This document shows positions 59,966-64,000 of a stretch of 64,000 nt of DNA, piece after piece. The position numbers were made by a program, and so were the translations under genes. The number at the start of each line of letters is the position of its first letter. Position 1 is the first letter of the stretch. Source of the stretch: a virus. The stretch lies in UHGV virus genome UHGV-0018629; one strand, given 5' to 3'. The notes under the pieces were generated by a model. The model saw only the letters and a list, made by a program, of their open reading frames with translations, did not search any database and was not told the DNA's origin.

Positions 59966-60178
59966 CTATTCCTTACTAAGAGCAGCATTCAACTTATTAG
60001 TAATTTTATCCAGACGCTCATTGAACTCACTAGAAGATAGTCCTTTTTCTGGAGAAATCAAACTAATCACGAAAAATATAACAATAAAAGGAATAAGGAA
60101 AATAGCTCCAACTGCCATAAACAGAAAGAATGTTACGGTTGTAAGAAAATCAGCTAAACCTTTACGAAATTTATACAT
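59966..60178 (-). CDS. hypothetical membrane protein (70 aa)
   Basis: ORF MYKFRKGLADFLTTVTFFLFMAVGAIFLIPFIVIFFVISLISPEKGLSSSEFNERLDKITNKLNAALSKE; one or two TM helices. Confidence 0.5.
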   Translation of the reverse strand: MYKFRKGLADFLTTVTFFLFMAVGAIFLIPFIVIFFVISLISPEKGLSSSEFNERLDKITNKLNAALSKE

Positions 60179-60293
60179 ATTTTACCCTTAATTGATTAAC
60201 CAAGCATTGATAAGCACTAAACTATATTGCGAATAAAATTCTGGACCAAAATGAAAAATCATATCATTTATAGTGTCCATAATATAATTCAAT

Positions 60294-60764
60294 TTAATCA
60301 TGTTTCCACACCCCATCGGTATTTGACCAAAGTCGCTGATTATCTGATCCTCGCCACAGCTTTTTGGTCGGAAGATTTTTCTCATACTTCCCATCAATAA
60401 TAACATCAACATATTTAAGCATTTCTAGTTGTTTAATATCTTCAAACTTATATCCTGTCCACAACCAAATGCTTTTATTGGGATAAAGATTTTTAATAGT
60501 TTGTACCACAGAGTGAATCACGTCTCTGTTATCAGGATAAAGAGGGTCACCTCCTGTTATAGTTAATCCTTCTATATAATCATTATTCAAACATTCAATG
60601 AGTAATTCTAAAGTTTCACCAGTGAATGGAATACCGTTTCTAGCATTCCATGTTGATTTATTATAACAACCTTCGCATTTATGCAAACACCCAGTAACAA
60701 AAAGAACGGTCCTGCACCCAGGACCATTAACAAAATCACAAGGATAAATTCTATCGTAATTCAT
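60294..60764 (-). CDS. nrdG: anaerobic ribonucleotide reductase activating protein NrdG (radical SAM)
   Basis: 156-aa ORF with Cx3Cx2C cluster motif (GCLHKCEGCYN); same length as T4 NrdG. Confidence 0.9.
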   Translation of the reverse strand: MNYDRIYPCDFVNGPGCRTVLFVTGCLHKCEGCYNKSTWNARNGIPFTGETLELLIECLNNDYIEGLTITGGDPLYPDNRDVIHSVVQTIKNLYPNKSIWLWTGYKFEDIKQLEMLKYVDVIIDGKYEKNLPTKKLWRGSDNQRLWSNTDGVWKHD

Positions 60765-62578
60765 TGATGCTTAACCCTATGCATGATTTCTTTATTTTTA
60801 CCGAGATTAAATCCGCGTTCGTTCGGATTCCCCAAATAGCCACATGTTCTTCTTATGGTATTCATCTTTTTAGGATCAGTTTCTCCACAAATAGAACAAA
60901 CAAATCCATTTTCAGTCGGAGTCATTTCATGGGTACTTCCACATGTAAAACACTTATCTACCGGCATGTTAACACCAAAATAATCTAAATGCTGTGCAGC
61001 ATAATCCCATACAGCCTCAAGACCTTTTAGGTTGTTTTTCATATCAGGAAGTTCAACATAAGAAATGTGACCACCTGTCGCAATGAAATGATATGGTGCT
61101 TCACGAGAAATTTTTTCAAACGGAGTAATATTTTCTTCTACTGAAACGTGGAAACTGTTAGTGTACCAGCCTTTATCGGTAACATCTTTTACACTTCCAT
61201 ATTTTTCTGTATCAAGTTTACAGAAGCGATAACAAAGGTTTTCAGCAGGAGTCGAATATAAACTAAAAGCAAATCCGGTTCTTTCAGTCCACTGTTTAAG
61301 ATGAGCATTCATTTTAGTTAAAATTTCTTGTCCAATATCACGACCGACAAGAATATTCAATTCGTGAATACCAATGTATCCTAGGGACACTGAACTTCTA
61401 CCGTTTTTAAATAACTCAATTATATCGTCATCGGGTTTAAGACGAACCCCGAATGCACCTTCTTGGTAAAGAATAGGAGCAACAGTCGCTTTAACTCCTT
61501 TTAAGGAACTAATTCTACACATCAATGCTTCAAAACACAAATCCATTCGTTCATTGAATAATTCAGCAAATTTCTGTTCGTTAAATTGTGTTCCAATATA
61601 AGAATCTAACGCAATGCGTGGAAGATTCAGCGTTACAACACCGAGATTATTACGTCCATCAAGAATTTCATTACCAGTCGAATCTTTCCATACACCCAAG
61701 AAACTACGGCAACCCATTGGAGAAACAGGAATAGATGAACCAGTGATAGCTTTATTATTCTTAGCTGAAATGATATCAGGATACATTCTTTTGCTTGCAC
61801 ACTCTAGAGCAAGCTGTTTAATATCATAGTTCGGATCGTCTTTGTAAAGATTAACGCCTTCTTCAACGAACATAACAAGCTTAGGAAAAATAGGAGTTAT
61901 TCCGTCACGACCAAGACCTTTAATGCGGTTTTTAAGAATTGCCTTCTGAATCATTCGTTCGGTCCAATCGGTTCCTGTTCCAAATGTTATAGTAACAAAA
62001 GGCGTTTGCCCGTTTGAACTAAAGAGAGTATTTACTTCATACTCATAAGCTTGGAATGCATCATATACGTCTTTTTCTGTTTTAGATTGAGCATAATTCA
62101 GTGCATCAGCGATTTGCCATTTTTCTGCATCCTCGATATGTTTTGCATAGGTGCGTTTAACATAAGGAGAAAGTACTTTATCTACATTCGCAAAAGTCGT
62201 TCCGCCATATTGATGAGAAGCAACCTGTGCAGTAATTTGTGCCATAATTGCAGTAGCAACGCCGATTGATTTAGGAGTTTCAATCTGCGCATTACCGAGC
62301 TTAAATCCGTTCTCAAGCATTCCTTTTAAATCTACTAAACAGCAATTAGTAAATGGAAGAGCAGGGGAATAATCAATATCATGGAAATGGATAATTCCGC
62401 TTTCATGCGCTTTCATAATAAAAGACGGGACCATATTTTTGGCAATGTGTTTAGACACAATACCAGCCATAAGGTCCCGTTGAGTTGGAAAAACACGAGA
62501 ATCTTTATTAGCATTCTCGTTTAAAAGGTCTTTATTAGTTTTATGAATCAATCCTTCAATTTCTTTTTCAATTGTCAT
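60761..62578 (-). CDS. nrdD: anaerobic ribonucleoside-triphosphate reductase NrdD (glycyl radical enzyme), uninterrupted
   Basis: 605-aa continuous ORF; C-terminal glycyl radical motif RRTCGYLG; same length as spliced T4 NrdD. Confidence 0.92.
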   Translation of the reverse strand: MTIEKEIEGLIHKTNKDLLNENANKDSRVFPTQRDLMAGIVSKHIAKNMVPSFIMKAHESGIIHFHDIDYSPALPFTNCCLVDLKGMLENGFKLGNAQIETPKSIGVATAIMAQITAQVASHQYGGTTFANVDKVLSPYVKRTYAKHIEDAEKWQIADALNYAQSKTEKDVYDAFQAYEYEVNTLFSSNGQTPFVTITFGTGTDWTERMIQKAILKNRIKGLGRDGITPIFPKLVMFVEEGVNLYKDDPNYDIKQLALECASKRMYPDIISAKNNKAITGSSIPVSPMGCRSFLGVWKDSTGNEILDGRNNLGVVTLNLPRIALDSYIGTQFNEQKFAELFNERMDLCFEALMCRISSLKGVKATVAPILYQEGAFGVRLKPDDDIIELFKNGRSSVSLGYIGIHELNILVGRDIGQEILTKMNAHLKQWTERTGFAFSLYSTPAENLCYRFCKLDTEKYGSVKDVTDKGWYTNSFHVSVEENITPFEKISREAPYHFIATGGHISYVELPDMKNNLKGLEAVWDYAAQHLDYFGVNMPVDKCFTCGSTHEMTPTENGFVCSICGETDPKKMNTIRRTCGYLGNPNERGFNLGKNKEIMHRVKHQ

Positions 62579-63048
62579 TTTAAACTCTTTCTAAGCTGCT
62601 TCTTAAATGAAGCTATTAATTGTGTTTTAGTGTCAGATTCATTATATTCAAATCCTCTTTGAAGCATCTCAGCCATCATTTCCTCTTTTCCTAAACGAGA
62701 AAATTCCTTTGATTTATCTCCAACAAAGTTAGGGTGAATATTATTTTGGGTGTAATCGGATTTTAAATAAGTAAGTAAATTTTCTAACCATTCAAGATAA
62801 TCGACTCCTTGCCCCTTTAAGCCAGAACGATTAAATTTGTGCTTCATTTGACCTTCTGCAGCATTGCACAGATTACATAGCAATCCACGTACCTTTCCTG
62901 CTTTCGGTCCATTTAATTCATGGTCATGATCGAGGTGATTAGCTTGAACATCAGGATTTAATTCTCGTTGGCAAATTAAGCATTTACCATTTTGTGCATT
63001 ATAAAATTTTTGTTTTTCTTCTTTGTATAATTTGCCAGTCAATAACAT
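62575..63048 (-). CDS. 49: endonuclease VII gp49 (Holliday junction resolvase)
   Basis: 157-aa ORF MLLTGKLYKEEKQKFYNAQNGKCLICQRELNPDVQANHLDHDHELNGPKAGKVRGLLCNLCNAAEG...; essentially identical to T4 endo VII. Confidence 0.9.
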   Translation of the reverse strand: MLLTGKLYKEEKQKFYNAQNGKCLICQRELNPDVQANHLDHDHELNGPKAGKVRGLLCNLCNAAEGQMKHKFNRSGLKGQGVDYLEWLENLLTYLKSDYTQNNIHPNFVGDKSKEFSRLGKEEMMAEMLQRGFEYNESDTKTQLIASFKKQLRKSLK

Positions 63049-63266
63049 AATAAAACCCTTACCTTAAATAGATAAGGGTATTTATTATTTTCAAGTATTG
63101 TAAAACATTCGATGCAATCGTTTGTATTGACGAATCATCTTTTTAGTAGGACGAGAATAAGTTCCTACACAAGTGGTCATATTAAGGTCGGTAGGGCTTC
63201 CTTTAATGAAAAATTTCCAGACCTTACCACCATTTAACTTTTCAGTATAAACCAATTCTGTTTTCA

Positions 63267-63713
63267 TTAAAACGCTCGGTCAGAAAAAGAAATTTGAGTT
63301 TCAAGCCAGTCAATGTATTCTGCGGCAGCTTGCATCAAATTTCCTTCATAGCCATCGTTATTTTCTTGTGAAGCTAATTTAGCTAATGCATATGAAATAC
63401 GTTCACCTTGAAAAGCAGATTTAGGCTTCTGGACAGCTTGATTAGTTCGTTCTACGACTTCTTCAATTTCGCCATTTTCTACTGATTCAGTATTCCATAA
63501 GCACCAATACGTAATTGGCTTATCATAGATGTTAATAATCTTTCCATCAGAAAGTTCAATTTCAATAATTCCAGTATCAGGTTCTATATCATCTTCACAT
63601 TCCTTTGCAAGTTCACGAACTTTAAAGACAGTACCTGCACTAAGTTCCGGCCAGTAATTACACAGCCCTTTATCAGCACGATTAATTCTAAACCACTTAT
63701 CTACTGTAATCAT
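63267..63713 (-). CDS. hypothetical protein (about 148 aa)
   Basis: ORF-track start 63731 is TTG; internal ATG at 63713 gives MITVDKWFRINRADKGLCNYWPELSAGTVFKV... Confidence 0.45.
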   Translation of the reverse strand: MITVDKWFRINRADKGLCNYWPELSAGTVFKVRELAKECEDDIEPDTGIIEIELSDGKIINIYDKPITYWCLWNTESVENGEIEEVVERTNQAVQKPKSAFQGERISYALAKLASQENNDGYEGNLMQAAAEYIDWLETQISFSDRAF

Positions 63714-63852
63714 GTCCCATCTCCATATCAATTAAGTCATTTATCGTTGGTTCATTATATACTGTTTCTTCATCAGTGTAAACCGGTTCTTCCGGCTCTG
63801 GCTCTACAGTTTCCCATCTAGCCGCCCACCAAGGTTTTATAGCGTAATCCAT
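63697..63852 (-). CDS. hypothetical protein (51 aa)
   Basis: Unlisted acidic ORF MDYAIKPWWAARWETVEPEPEEPVYTDEETVYNEPTINDLIDMEMGHDYSR. Confidence 0.3.
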   Translation of the reverse strand: MDYAIKPWWAARWETVEPEPEEPVYTDEETVYNEPTINDLIDMEMGHDYSR

Positions 63853-64000
63853 TCTCGTACTGTCTGAATTACTACACGTTCTCGAAGCTCAACCAGTTCA
63901 ACAGTAGGAACTGCATAATACCAGTCAGAATGGTAAGAACCTGAGCGAGATTCATTTACGGAAACATATACGTGGTGTTTTGTGCTAAAGTAAATTACTC
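63837..64000 (-). CDS. 3' end of an unidentified gene running off the window end
   Basis: Open minus-strand frame ...HSDWYYAVPTVELVELRERVVIQTVREWITL stop; N-terminus outside window. Confidence 0.3.
   Translation of the reverse strand, partial: VIYFSTKHHVYVSVNESRSGSYHSDWYYAVPTVELVELRERVVIQTVREWITL

Noticed and set aside
60188-60412. 74-aa ORF overlapping the 3' end of nrdG
   Set aside because: Overlaps nrdG by 119 nt in another frame; at most a 37-aa peptide if the internal Met is used; insufficient support.
60761-62578. Group I intron in nrdD
   Set aside because: ORF is uninterrupted and the glycyl-radical C-terminus is in frame; no intron.

Overview
This window is a T-even (T4-like, Tequatrovirus-type) phage genome segment, read directly from the ORF translations; no database search was run, and T4 protein lengths and gene order are quoted from memory. 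It runs from the 5' end of gene 32 through 59, 33, dsbA and rnh (minus strand), the long-tail-fibre late operon 34-35-36-37-38 plus holin t (plus strand), then a long minus-strand early/middle block: asiA, arn, motA, 52, ac, stp, ndd, denB, rIIB, rIIA, 39, goF, cef, dexA, dda, srd, modA, modB, soc, 56, 61, sp, dmd, 41, 40, uvsX, a glycosyltransferase, 42, imm, 43, regA, 62, 44, 45, rpbA, 46, 47, a GIY-YIG endonuclease-like ORF, alpha-gt, 55, nrdH, nrdG, nrdD and 49. Regulatory signals are dense: at least 12 copies of a T4 early-promoter module (GTTTAC -35, 17-nt spacer, TGG-extended -10), TATAAATA late promoters, GC-stem tetraloop hairpins at cistron junctions, and the gene 32 leader pseudoknot. 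Several starts in the ORF track are TTG/GTG or promoter read-through and were moved to internal ATGs. The phage resembles T2/T6 more than T4: gene 38 encodes a glycine-rich-motif adhesin, gene 39 is undivided (no gene 60 split, mobA or bypass), there is no segF and no room for dam around gene 56, nrdD is intronless, and a 282-aa DxD glycosyltransferase sits where T4 has beta-gt. I see no CRISPR array, tRNA gene or obviously novel multi-gene system; the points worth follow-up are the variable accessory loci listed in the findings.
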